Shown: positions 8,640 through 18,452, counted from the stretch's first letter. The stretch: 60,811 bases of DNA from an uncultured Syntrophus sp. (GCA_964540555.1 CAZINF010000002.1:1-60811); one strand, 5' to 3'. Notes: generated by a model from the sequence alone, not told the origin. Numbers and translations: made by a program.

Positions 8640-10101
8640 ATTGCTCCCTGGTTGGAATTTTTATGGTCGCAGTTGTACCCTTCCCGGCGACACTGGAAAG
8701 TTCTATATGACCACGATGCTGTTTGATGATGCCATAACAGATGGAGAGCCCCAGTCCGGTGCCCGATCCTATTTCCTTGGTCGTGAAAAAGGGATCGAAT
8801 AGCCGTGACAGGTTATCCCCGCTGATCCCCATACCCGTATCCGTTACACGGACTTCGATCAAGCCGTTTTTCTGTGACGAGGAGATGAAAATACTCCCTC
8901 CATCCGGCATGGCCTCCAGGGAATTTGACAAAATATTGATAAACACCTGTTCGAGCTTTCCGCTGTCACCCATAATCTCCGGCACCGGCGCCAGATTCTG
9001 TTGAACGTTGATATTTTTAAATATATATCCCAGCAGCGTAAGCGAACCGCTTATGATGCTGTTGATATTCAGAGGAACAAATACTGCTTCTCGCTGGCGG
9101 GAAAACTGGAGAAGTTCCTGAGCAATGGCTGACGCCCGGTCTATATTTCTTTCAACCGCGTCGAGTTTTTCAACGGCGTCGCGTTGTTCGCTGTTACTTT
9201 TCAATCTGGTTTTGAGTGTCTGGATGCCCAAAGAGGCATTCGTCAGCGGATTATTGATCTCGTGCGCTATGCCGGCTGCAAGCTGTCCGAGCGAGGAAAG
9301 CTTCTCCGTCTGGACGAGGAGCCTTGTCTGTTGTTCTATTTTCCGTCGGGTTTCGATGTCGAAAATATTCAGCGCTTTTATAATGAAGTATGAAAAAAGA
9401 ATGACCGCCACCCCCCGGAGCAACTCCACGGGCACGTGAATGATGGTCAAAAGCGTGCGAAGGTCCATAATCCCCGCCAACAATCCGTAAAAGAGAATTG
9501 CAACGCCCGAGAAAAGGAGGTTCCTCGAAACGGGTCCGCTCATTTTTTTAATTTCGTATGAGTACGTAATGAGTCCATAACCGGTTACCAGCCCTCCTGC
9601 GAGCCCGAGTGTGTATCGTACTCCGACCTCCGTTTGCCATAAGAACAGCAGATCGATGTGTGCCCCATGCTTCCATAAAACGATGGCCCACAGGAGGGCC
9701 AGCATAGAGGGAACCCCTTTGATCCACTTCATTTGCTTTTTATCGAGGGCGCTGATCAACGATAGGCCGAATTGCAGAAGGAAGAAAAAAGAGAGGATGA
9801 TCGTAGCGAGCAATATCAGCTTGATCAGGAAGATTTCCTGCCGCGTCATCTGTTCCCCCTGGATCAATGGGAGGAGTTGCAGCCATTCGTGGAAGCCGTG
9901 GATAAATCCGAACGCTCCCAGCATCCACAGGCTGCTGGAGAGTTTCAAGTCGCTCGCCTTCAAATCTTTTACCGAAATGGAAATGCCCAGAAAAAGGAAA
10001 GCGGCGCCGTAAAAAAAATAGATCGGATAAACAAGGGGGATGTTCGAGAACAGGTTATAAAGAGATAATAAAGTAGTCATACGCCTCGGCATTTCTAACA
10101 A
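8611..10101 (-). CDS. sensor histidine kinase with polytopic N-terminal membrane domain
   Basis: H-box AAGIAHEINNPL with N/G1/G2 boxes (NSLEAM, DTGMGI, GSGTGLGL). About 250 aa of multi-TM N-terminus. Overlaps the RR start by 29 nt. The start is uncertain (TTG 10101, ATG 10092 or ATG 10080). Confidence 0.85.
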   Translation of the reverse strand: MLEMPRRMTTLLSLYNLFSNIPLVYPIYFFYGAAFLFLGISISVKDLKASDLKLSSSLWMLGAFGFIHGFHEWLQLLPLIQGEQMTRQEIFLIKLILLATIILSFFFLLQFGLSLISALDKKQMKWIKGVPSMLALLWAIVLWKHGAHIDLLFLWQTEVGVRYTLGLAGGLVTGYGLITYSYEIKKMSGPVSRNLLFSGVAILFYGLLAGIMDLRTLLTIIHVPVELLRGVAVILFSYFIIKALNIFDIETRRKIEQQTRLLVQTEKLSSLGQLAAGIAHEINNPLTNASLGIQTLKTRLKSNSEQRDAVEKLDAVERNIDRASAIAQELLQFSRQREAVFVPLNINSIISGSLTLLGYIFKNINVQQNLAPVPEIMGDSGKLEQVFINILSNSLEAMPDGGSIFISSSQKNGLIEVRVTDTGMGISGDNLSRLFDPFFTTKEIGSGTGLGLSICYGIIKQHRGHIELSSVAGKGTTATIKIPTREQYEKDTDCGR

Positions 10102-10180
10102 TCAATCCCGGTTTTCGCAACACACGGGGGAGCAAACGGCCGGCGGATCATTGCTGCTCAGTGGATGAAGAAGATGAAGA

Positions 10181-10501
10181 TCACCGGTGACATCGGGAAC
10201 AATTCCTGGGGTCCTGCACGTCAAAGGATGCCTGCCCATTATGGCATCGACCGCAGAATTCTCCTTTGGTGATCTTCCCCATGTCCATCTTGTATGACCC
10301 CTGGGCCATCTGGAAAAACTGGTAATGACAGCCGCTGCACTTGAATCCACGTTCCTTCAAGTGTCTATTATGGCTGAAGATAACCGGCAGGGCATTGGGG
10401 AGCGCAAAGGTCAAATCGCCGCCTCCGGCCGGCTGAGCAGGAGCAACGAGAGGAATCGATAGAGAGCCTATGATTACGGCCGTAACGAACATCTTTTTCA
10501 T
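10181..10501 (-). CDS. periplasmic trihaem cytochrome (c7/c3-like)
   Basis: The MKKMFVTAVIIGSL signal peptide starts at ATG 10501. Three haem motifs: CSGCH, CGRCH, CSRCH. ORF trimmed from 10690. Confidence 0.75.
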   Translation of the reverse strand: MKKMFVTAVIIGSLSIPLVAPAQPAGGGDLTFALPNALPVIFSHNRHLKERGFKCSGCHYQFFQMAQGSYKMDMGKITKGEFCGRCHNGQASFDVQDPRNCSRCHR

Positions 10502-10514
10502 GTGGTTCCATTCC

Positions 10515-11498
10515 TTAGTTCCTCGATCCGGAGATGACGCCGTTTGTATCGTGTATGAATTGCTCTTGTGCCCATGCAACCCGTGACGCCGCAGATAAGA
10601 AAACAGCGGGCAGGGCTCTGTCCGTTTTATCGAGGCGTATGCGGAGCCCGCTCTGGTTTGCCATCTGGATGGCCAACCCGGGGCGCGCATTCAACTCGAG
10701 GAGCACCGGCCCTCTGTCCCGATCCAGTACAAAATCGGCGCCCAGATAACCAAGACCCGTCATTTCCATCGCCTCCGAGGCCGTCATCAACAGTTTGTCC
10801 CAATGGGGCAGGTGAATGCCGCTTACGGGATTTTCCGTGTCCGGATGTCTATTGACGATGCGGGACTTGTGGACAGCGTTCAGGGTGATGCCGCTGCCGA
10901 GGTCGATGCCCGCCCCTATCGCCCCCCTGTGGAGATTCGCCTTTCCGTCCGAGGCCTCCGTGGGAAGCCTCACCATCGCCATGACGGGAACGCCCTTGTA
11001 AACGATGATCCGCACGTCCGGCACGCCTTCCCGATAGGTGACGCTGCTAAAAACCGGATCCGGGTGGATGAGCGCCTCGATGATCGCCGTATCTTCCCCC
11101 CCTTCCAGAGAGAAGATCCCGGAAAGAATCGACGCGATATGATAGTTGAAATCCTCTCTTGACAAGATCTTGCCGCTCTGGGTCACAAAACCGTCGTCTG
11201 TCCTGCCCTTGATCAGAATGATGCCGCTGCCGCCGGAACCTCGAGCCGGCTTCACAACAAACTCACTCAGATGCTCCAGCACACCCGGGAGTCCGGCGAT
11301 GCTGCCGTGATTCTCCACCACATAATAGAGTTCGGGGATTGGGATGCCGAACTTCTCGGCGAGCCTTTTTGTCTGCACCTTGTCGTCTACGAGCGGGAAG
11401 GCGGAACGCGCATTGTAAGCCATGATATATCCGGCATTGCGAAAATTCATGCCGAGCACGCCACTTTCACGGAGTCTGCGGAAGCCGTCGAGAATCAT
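10515..11498 (-). CDS. RimK-related ATP-grasp alpha-L-glutamate-ligase-like protein
   Basis: The segment from MILDGFRRLRESGVLGMN has ATP-grasp blocks (FVVKPARGSGGSGI, DVRIIVYKG, LELNARPG). Its ATG overlaps the upstream stop (ATGA at 11495-11498). Confidence 0.85.
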   Translation of the reverse strand: MILDGFRRLRESGVLGMNFRNAGYIMAYNARSAFPLVDDKVQTKRLAEKFGIPIPELYYVVENHGSIAGLPGVLEHLSEFVVKPARGSGGSGIILIKGRTDDGFVTQSGKILSREDFNYHIASILSGIFSLEGGEDTAIIEALIHPDPVFSSVTYREGVPDVRIIVYKGVPVMAMVRLPTEASDGKANLHRGAIGAGIDLGSGITLNAVHKSRIVNRHPDTENPVSGIHLPHWDKLLMTASEAMEMTGLGYLGADFVLDRDRGPVLLELNARPGLAIQMANQSGLRIRLDKTDRALPAVFLSAASRVAWAQEQFIHDTNGVISGSRN

Positions 11499-13024
11499 GA
11501 CGACCCCTTTAGAAACCGGAAACGGTAAAGCTTGGAGAGTCGGTACCCCGTGTAACGCCCCAGGAGAATCTGCAGCGCGGCCACGGTCAGGACCAGCTCC
11601 GGATAGACAAAGAAGGTGAACTGCAGCGTCTCCCAGCTGATGATCCCGTGGGCGATGACCGAGACCGCGACGCTCCCGACGGCGGCGCGGAACGCTTCCC
11701 AAACCCCGGACTCCTCGATGAGGATGAAAAACCGTTCGATGGTCATGGTGAGAATGACAAAGGGAATCAACCCCACCGCCATCAGCTCCCGTAGGCCCAG
11801 TTTGTTTCCCACGAGGGCAAGCAGGGTAAAGCAGGCGATGACCAATGTCAGGATGACGGACAGACGGGGAACAAGCAGGAGATGAAGTTTGTCTAGAAAA
11901 GACCTTGCCGCGTAGCCGACCAAAAGAACGCCGCAAAAGATAGCGACACCGTAAACGGTGCCGGTACTCCGGAATGCCAGTGCGATCAGCAAAGGCATGA
12001 AGATCCCGAATGTCGGAAAACCCACGACATTGCGGAGTATGGAGATGATCAACGCCCCGATAGGCACCAGAAGAAGGATGCGAAACGTCCCCTGGAACTC
12101 CTGCGGCAGCTGCAGCAAAGACCAGCGATCGAGAAAATGGGCGGACCGTGTGATATGTTCATAGAAGAGGTTCCACTGGCTCACCACCTGCCGGGTTATC
12201 GTCCACCGGATGTCGGACAATTTCCCACCCGTCACCTTGACGACCGGCAAACCGCCTACCGCTAAAGGGAGAAGCGCCGCCGGCGACGGATAGACCTCCC
12301 ACGTCTCTGGATTCAGATGGCCCCAGGTCCCGCCCACCCAGACTTCGATCCATTTCGTCGGCAGGATCTGCACCCCCTCGGTAAGTCTGAGCCCCTCTAC
12401 GGACCTTGCCGGCAGGTTGGCTGCCCGAAAAAGGGTGAGAGCGGCGTCCGTTGGATCATGTTTCTGCTGAACAACCTGCCATCGCCGGAACACTTCATCG
12501 CTCGGCGGCGAATCGCCCCGTGCGCTTTTCAGCGCCGCGACAACCGTCTGAAATCGGATCATCGGCGCCAGGGCTTGCCACTTCAGGGCCGCCCCTTCCG
12601 CCAGTGACTGTTCCTCTCTGTTCATCGTCGGCGGGAAGGGACTCAACAACGGTGATTGGATTGCAGCGCTGCGGCGGGGGAGGGAGTGGATCGTGCCCCT
12701 GTATTGGATTTCCTCCGGCCTGTCTACGCCCGCCCCCGACCAGACGCCTAACCTGTTTGGACCCTGCGTTTGAATGTAAAATGCGTACATGCCGGAAAGG
12801 ACGCGCTCCTCGACAACCATGTTTCCGATCTGTTCGGAAGGGAGCGCCAGGAAGAGCGCGCTCTGCTCATCTTTGGGGGTGACATGCGCGTTGATGAGAA
12901 GCTGCCATGTCTGCCCCTCGGCCACCGGCAAAACCGGATATCCGAGCCATATGATGCGGTAGAGCACCAGAACACACGTCAAAAGGAAGAGCGCGGCGGC
13001 CGGCAAAAAACCAGGACGTCTCAT
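11495..13024 (-). CDS. inactive-transglutaminase-like domain fused to 7 TM helices
   Basis: N-terminal TM, an extracytoplasmic domain of about 300 aa, then seven hydrophobic helices in the C-terminal 200 aa. ATGA overlap with the upstream gene at 13021-13024. Confidence 0.75.
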   Translation of the reverse strand: MRRPGFLPAAALFLLTCVLVLYRIIWLGYPVLPVAEGQTWQLLINAHVTPKDEQSALFLALPSEQIGNMVVEERVLSGMYAFYIQTQGPNRLGVWSGAGVDRPEEIQYRGTIHSLPRRSAAIQSPLLSPFPPTMNREEQSLAEGAALKWQALAPMIRFQTVVAALKSARGDSPPSDEVFRRWQVVQQKHDPTDAALTLFRAANLPARSVEGLRLTEGVQILPTKWIEVWVGGTWGHLNPETWEVYPSPAALLPLAVGGLPVVKVTGGKLSDIRWTITRQVVSQWNLFYEHITRSAHFLDRWSLLQLPQEFQGTFRILLLVPIGALIISILRNVVGFPTFGIFMPLLIALAFRSTGTVYGVAIFCGVLLVGYAARSFLDKLHLLLVPRLSVILTLVIACFTLLALVGNKLGLRELMAVGLIPFVILTMTIERFFILIEESGVWEAFRAAVGSVAVSVIAHGIISWETLQFTFFVYPELVLTVAALQILLGRYTGYRLSKLYRFRFLKGSS

Positions 13025-13545
13025 TTCGGAGTGACCTCGGGGCAAGAAGGCTTTGTGCAGAATGATGTGTCGCATGCGACGACAAAACCATGCATAAGGG
13101 TATTTCTCCCAATAAGAAGAGGGTGTTTGACATTGGAACGGTTATTGAGATTCACCTCCGTCTGCATCCGCTTTGGCCCGATACACAGATCTACCACGAC
13201 GACCGGCCGTTTCTCTTTCGTCTCGGCACTCCTGACGGTCATCCATTTCACGATCGGCAAGCGAATATGTTGGCCCCCGTATTCTTCAGGCAGAGTGAAT
13301 TCGACAATATTTCCTTTTATTGTGAGATTTCTGGCATCGAGGGAAGAGATGGCCGCTCCGGTGTCTATTCGGGCAGGCAGCGTCACCCCCCAGGGGAGAA
13401 GCATCACATTCTCTATAGCGCCAAGCTGGATTTTCTCTTTCGTTTCCGCAAATGCAACCCCCGGATCGATGAACAATATCACCAAACACAGAGCTGTCTT
13501 GATAATCATTTCCTTGAGAGCGGGTATGCGGTCATTTGATGGCAT
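13021..13545 (-). CDS. retropepsin-like aspartic protease (putative 'ATP-dependent zinc protease' family)
   Basis: Signal-like IIKTALCLVILFIDPGVAFA followed by the RIDTGAAISSLDA (D-T-G-A) motif. Start chosen at ATG 13545 behind GGAGAG. Confidence 0.75.
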   Translation of the reverse strand: MPSNDRIPALKEMIIKTALCLVILFIDPGVAFAETKEKIQLGAIENVMLLPWGVTLPARIDTGAAISSLDARNLTIKGNIVEFTLPEEYGGQHIRLPIVKWMTVRSAETKEKRPVVVVDLCIGPKRMQTEVNLNNRSNVKHPLLIGRNTLMHGFVVACDTSFCTKPSCPEVTPK

Positions 13546-13635
13546 GACATCTCTCCGTGAAATATCCGTGTAAGGACTATAGCAGAGGATAATATCTTTT
13601 TCAACATCAACCGCAGGGCCGGTAACGAGACCTGC

Positions 13636-13666
13636 AAACTTCGCCCCGCGGGCGGGGAGCTTCAGA
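13636..13666 (-). repeat. REP-like palindromic element, copy E (inverted)
   Basis: aacttcgccccgcgggcggggagcttcagac, in the divergent intergenic region between the retropepsin and CoADR genes. Confidence 0.75.
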
Positions 13667-13865
13667 CGACCCCTTTGCCTCATAATACAATGTAACCGGA
13701 GGGATGTTGGAGAAGGGACGATAAAATCACATTGACATGCAGGGACGCTTCTCATATCTTCACCCCGCAGACAGGCCGGTTTCTTATCTGGGAAAGAGGG
13801 GAGGGTCTGTCCCGGAGGGGATAAAGGGAAGGACCCATGGGACAGGCATCAATTTCAAGGAGCAC

Positions 13866-15509
13866 ATGATGAAGGTTTGCATCATCGGCGGGGTGGCCGG
13901 CGGCGCCACAGCGGCCGCCCGGTTGCGGCGGTTGGATGAAGCGTCGGAGATTGTCATGTTTGAGAGAGGCGATTACATCTCTTTTGCCAACTGCGGTCTC
14001 CCTTATCATATTTCCGGCCGAATCAAGGAGCGCAGCAGCCTGCTTCTGCAAACGCCGGAAGGTTTCTGGTCCCGTTTTCGGGTTGAGGTCCGATTGGGCA
14101 ATGAGGTCATGGCCATCGATACCCAACACAAGCGGCTGCGGGTCAGGAATCTGAAGAACGGAAAAGAATATGCCGAATCATACGACTACCTGATCCTGTC
14201 GCCGGGGGCCTATCCGTTTGTTCCACCAATCGAGGGAAGCAATGCGGCGATGTTCATGAGCTTCCGCGACATTCCCGACATGGATGCCATGATTGCCAAG
14301 GTCGAGAATCATCCTGTGAAAGAGGCAGTGGTTATAGGCGGGGGATTCATCGGTGTGGAGATTGCGGAGAACCTGATTGCCAGGGGAATTAAAACCCACC
14401 TTGTCGAGATGCTCGCTCAGGTCATGATGCCATTTGATCCGGAGATGGCCAATATCATCCAGACCGGGCTTGCCGGCGGAGGCGTTTGCCTCCATCTGTC
14501 CGACAGCGTCAAAAGGATCGTGGGCGATGCACAGGGCAAGGTCATTCTGGATTCCGGAACCGAACTCACTGCCGAACTGGTCGTCAGTGCCGTGGGTGTA
14601 CGGCCCGATATCAAATTAGCCCGAGAGGCCGGCCTGAAGATCGGCGCCACAGGCGGAATTGCTGTCGATACCAGCATGAAGACCAGTGATCCATTTATTT
14701 TTGCTGTTGGCGATGCCGTAGAGACGACCCACCTGGTGGCAGGGACGCCGGTGCTTGTCCCGCTGGCAGGTCCGACCAACAAACAGGCCCGCATCGCCGC
14801 AGACAACATATGCGGCCTTTCTTCCCGTTATCCGGGGTCGCTGGGTACGTCCATCGTCAAGGTCTTCGATTTGCAGGCGGCCGTTACGGGATTGAATGAA
14901 AAAACAGCCAAGAGCCACAACCTCGCTTATCAGGCCATTCACCTGCATCCCCTCAGCCATGCTGGATATTATCCCGGCGCCGCGCAGATGAGTTTGAAGC
15001 TGCTCTTCGAAGTGCCGGGAGGGAGGATTCTCGGCGCCCAATGCATCGGTACGGATGGCGTTGATAAGAGGATCGATGTGATTGCCACCGCCATCCGCGC
15101 CGGGATGACGGTTTATGGTCTGGAGCAGTTGGATCTTTCCTATGCACCGCCTTTCGGCTCCGCCAAGGACCCGGTCAATATGGCAGGTTTTGTAGGCAGC
15201 AATATATTGCGGGGCCTGGTGACGTCGGTCACATACGACCAGGCCAAAGCGATGGGAAATTCCGTCTTTCTGGATGTGCGAACAAATGAAGAATTCAAGG
15301 AAGGAAGTATCCCGCAGTCGATCCACATCCCCCTCGACGAGCTGCGCCAAAGAATCCACGACATCCCGAAGGATCGTCATTTGATCGTGACCTGCCGGAC
15401 CGGTATACGCTCCTATGCGGCTGTCCGGATCCTCAAACAGTCAGGTTTCGAGCGCCTGTCAAATCTTTCGGGGGGCTATACAACCTATTGCCATTATACG
15501 GCAAAATGA
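13866..15509 (+). CDS. CoA-disulfide reductase / NADH oxidase family flavoprotein with C-terminal rhodanese domain
   Basis: MMKVCIIGGVAGGATAA FAD motif, redox Cys in SFANCGLPY, and a rhodanese tail with active-site loop CRTGIRS. An AAGGAG RBS precedes ATG 13866. Confidence 0.85.
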   Translation: MMKVCIIGGVAGGATAAARLRRLDEASEIVMFERGDYISFANCGLPYHISGRIKERSSLLLQTPEGFWSRFRVEVRLGNEVMAIDTQHKRLRVRNLKNGKEYAESYDYLILSPGAYPFVPPIEGSNAAMFMSFRDIPDMDAMIAKVENHPVKEAVVIGGGFIGVEIAENLIARGIKTHLVEMLAQVMMPFDPEMANIIQTGLAGGGVCLHLSDSVKRIVGDAQGKVILDSGTELTAELVVSAVGVRPDIKLAREAGLKIGATGGIAVDTSMKTSDPFIFAVGDAVETTHLVAGTPVLVPLAGPTNKQARIAADNICGLSSRYPGSLGTSIVKVFDLQAAVTGLNEKTAKSHNLAYQAIHLHPLSHAGYYPGAAQMSLKLLFEVPGGRILGAQCIGTDGVDKRIDVIATAIRAGMTVYGLEQLDLSYAPPFGSAKDPVNMAGFVGSNILRGLVTSVTYDQAKAMGNSVFLDVRTNEEFKEGSIPQSIHIPLDELRQRIHDIPKDRHLIVTCRTGIRSYAAVRILKQSGFERLSNLSGGYTTYCHYTAK

Positions 15510-15833
15510 GATCAAAAGAGGTAACTTCGTTTTATAGTTCATCCGATTTTTGCGTACTTGCAAAAGCTTTCTTTCTTCTTTAATTCGTTAATCCACCCTT
15601 ATGGCATGCAGACATGACTTCAAGTCAACGATACCGCTTATCCATCAAATTCATTTACTTCCGCTTGCAATGTAGGCTGTTTTTTGAATGCGTTAATTGA
15701 CTGATCTTGAAAAGTATGCAATATTACTTGTAGTAGTAGCTCTCTCAGGTGTGTCACGAATGACTGAGCCCGCTGGAGGTGGCTGTTTCTTTCATTGAAG
15801 GTCCGCCGTTATAAAATGGACAGGAGGCAGATT

Positions 15834-16124
15834 ATGTTGAGAAGCGATGAGATTCTCGATTTCCTCAAGCAACACAAGCAAGACCTTGAAGTACGGTTTT
15901 CCGTAAAACGCATCGGCTTGTTCGGGTCTGTCCTTCGTGGTTCCACCAGTGATAAGAGCGACGTAGACATTCTGGTCGAACTGGCTCATCCCACCTTCGA
16001 TCACTATATGGATCTGAAGTTCTTCCTCGAGGATAAACTGGGAAGGCCCGTAGACCTGGTGTTGGCCGATTCCTTAAAGCCGCGCCTCAAGCCAATTATC
16101 ACCCGCGAGGCGGCCTATGCTTAG
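15834..16124 (+). CDS. MNT-type nucleotidyltransferase antitoxin
   Basis: GLFGSVLRG..SDVDILVE minimal nucleotidyltransferase motif. An AGGAGG RBS precedes ATG 15834. Confidence 0.8.
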   Translation: MLRSDEILDFLKQHKQDLEVRFSVKRIGLFGSVLRGSTSDKSDVDILVELAHPTFDHYMDLKFFLEDKLGRPVDLVLADSLKPRLKPIITREAAYA

Positions 16125-16482
16125 AGATATAAGGCTCTATCTCGATGACATTTTAGAAGCCATCCATCAAATTTGAATATACTTAGCAGACCAGAACGAA
16201 GAGGCTTTCACAAAGGACCGAAAAACCCAGGACGCCGTCATCCGAAATCTTGAAATCATCGGTGAGGCCGCAGGAAATCTACCCGAACAAATACAAAAGG
16301 GTGAGTCAGAGATCGATTGGCGCAAGATTACTGGGTTACGTAACATTCTCATTCATGAGTATTTCGGTATCAGTTTGCTAATTGTATGGGATGTCGTTCA
16401 AAACAAACTGAGTCCGCTGGAAATAGTCTGTCAACGACTACTGGTGAGAGCCGCCGAATCGCCTGACCAGGAGACTCAATAG
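16117..16482 (+). pseudogene. HepT (DUF86) HEPN toxin gene interrupted by an in-frame TGA at codon 20
   Basis: The ATG overlaps the MNT stop (ATGCTTAG). The frame reads MLRDIRLYLDDILEAIHQI-TGA(16174-16176)-IYLADQNEEAF...AVIRNLEIIGEAAG...GLRNILIHEY (Rx4HxY). The same frame runs through to TAG at 16480. Confidence 0.75.
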
Positions 16483-17215
16483 CATAGCCTATTCCAAAGT
16501 TTCTCGACAGCTGGCTATGTGCGATAACGGCAAAAGTTTAAATACACGTCTTGAGGGCGGCTGATCGGGCCAGTTCATTGAATACCAAATGGAATGTGGA
16601 ATTTTCAGAGATTGATTTATCTGATAACCGAGGGGATTTGTAACTTCCTGTAGTCAAGCGTCCGACAATTCTGACGGAGATCCACTCTTTCGGACGGTAA
16701 TCAATGCTGAAAATAGGCGATTATCCCCTTGACTTTCCACTCGCATAAGAGCATTTGATAGACATCGTTTCTCATTTAGCTCAGTAAACCCATCAACCTA
16801 CCCCTTAACCTTCTGGAGTCCAGTGTGAAAAGGAGTCATCGGAAGGTGCCCATATCAAGCCTCCAGGGGATCGTTTTCCCTTTGGAGGCAACTTGCTTCA
16901 TGTAAAGCCAGCAATAAAGCCTATTTCTGACATCTGACATCCACGCCATCGTCGCACTTGTCTTCGGAATTGTGTTGTATCTGCGACCCGGGTCATGGGC
17001 TATACTGGTCACATGGACCCCATTCGATAGTAACATGACCCGAAGCTACGGAGCGGCGCTGTTGGCTCTAGCCGTTAGTTCATGGTTTGGGTATCCCCCT
17101 ATTTTGGCGAGTATGGACGAACTGGTTCGGATGTGAATGAGTTTTTCTGGTCAATGCGACGAAGTATATCTGGCAATGAGCTATCCCATTTTTTAAAAAG
17201 AAAGGAGGACTTTCA

Positions 17216-18337
17216 ATGAGTGACGAAGATTGTGGAAAAGGGAATTTGGTGCAGGTAGGACACAAGTACGACGCCATGTTCAAACCCGTCTCTACGCTGA
17301 TTCTTGCTCTGATATTTGTTGCTTGTTTGTTGCCGCAGGTGCATGCCGGATCCACGCTGGTAAATATCCGACAGATCGATTATGGGGCTTACCCATGCAA
17401 CAGCCAGTATCCAGTGTTGAGCACCAGTGGAAAAAAGGTCGCTTTTGAGTCCAATTGCGACTGGGCTAGCAATAATGCGTCGAGCAACAACGAGATCTTC
17501 GTAATGGAGATTGACGGATTAAATCCCGTCCAAGTAACGAGTGGCAGAGACTCCGCGCCTTCATGCAATGTAGCGCTTGACGCGAGCGGGAAACGGTTGG
17601 CGTTTATGTCATTCGCCGACCTGATTCCTGGTCAGAATGAGGACAGGAACTCTGACATCTTTCGCGCGTACGCTGACGGTAAGGGCCTTATGCAATTGAC
17701 AAAAACAGATGGCGGTGTGGATGTCGGTGGCGGAAACAAATTAGCTCACTGCTGCCCAGCCATTGACTACGCTGGACGGACGATTGTTTTTGTATCACCG
17801 TTTGACCCAACGAACGAAAACGAGTTCCTGGAGCATAATGAATTATGGATTGTTAATTGGGACGGCAGTGGGTTGAAGCGGTTGACCAACACGTTTTTCG
17901 GGCAAAGTTCGGGGGCGCCGGTGTTCGATGCGGCTGGCAGGGTGTACTTCGTTTCCGGTGCGAACTGGACAGGGGAAAATCCGGACGGATGGGGTGAGAT
18001 ATTCCGTATTGACCCCCAAACGGGAGAAGTGGAGCAACTGTCGCATATACCGGGTGACAGCGGACCAGACGGGAGCGGGAGGATGGGGGTAAGCGCCTCC
18101 GGACTAAAGGTTATCTTCCCAATGGCCACTTCAAATCTGTCGGGAAGACCTCACATGGAGCTGTTCCTACTGGACACGAAGACTGGGGAGATCGCACAAC
18201 TGACGCTAACTGGAACTGAACGTGGGTGTTTTACAGCGTCGATGTCTGCCTCGGGCAAAATGGTCGCTTACACCTGCGAAGTGCCTAACCAACCACAGGG
18301 AGGGAATTACAGGGTCTTTATTGCGGATGTAGACTAA
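17216..18337 (+). CDS. secreted TolB-like (PD40) six-bladed beta-propeller protein
   Basis: Strong AAAGGAGG RBS, a hydrophobic signal segment, and six repeats of the form SGK.vAF.S....n.eIf..d.dG....qLT. Confidence 0.65.
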   Translation: MSDEDCGKGNLVQVGHKYDAMFKPVSTLILALIFVACLLPQVHAGSTLVNIRQIDYGAYPCNSQYPVLSTSGKKVAFESNCDWASNNASSNNEIFVMEIDGLNPVQVTSGRDSAPSCNVALDASGKRLAFMSFADLIPGQNEDRNSDIFRAYADGKGLMQLTKTDGGVDVGGGNKLAHCCPAIDYAGRTIVFVSPFDPTNENEFLEHNELWIVNWDGSGLKRLTNTFFGQSSGAPVFDAAGRVYFVSGANWTGENPDGWGEIFRIDPQTGEVEQLSHIPGDSGPDGSGRMGVSASGLKVIFPMATSNLSGRPHMELFLLDTKTGEIAQLTLTGTERGCFTASMSASGKMVAYTCEVPNQPQGGNYRVFIADVD

Positions 18338-18452
18338 ATCTTTGAATTTTTCATCGACCATCATTTCAAATGAGCACCGATCTCTGTGGCTATTCTTTCC
18401 AAACCGGGCTTTGGTGCTTCGAAAATAATTCAATAGAGGTCGAACACAGGTG

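Noticed and set aside
16927-17136. Tandem 7-bp duplication (ctgacat ctgacat, 16927-16940) followed by a frame encoding a hydrophobic two-helix peptide (DIHAIVALVFGIVLYL...GAALLALAVSSWFG...).
   Set aside because: There is no start codon or RBS and no recognisable family. It may be a remnant of a small membrane protein gene, but the evidence is too thin.
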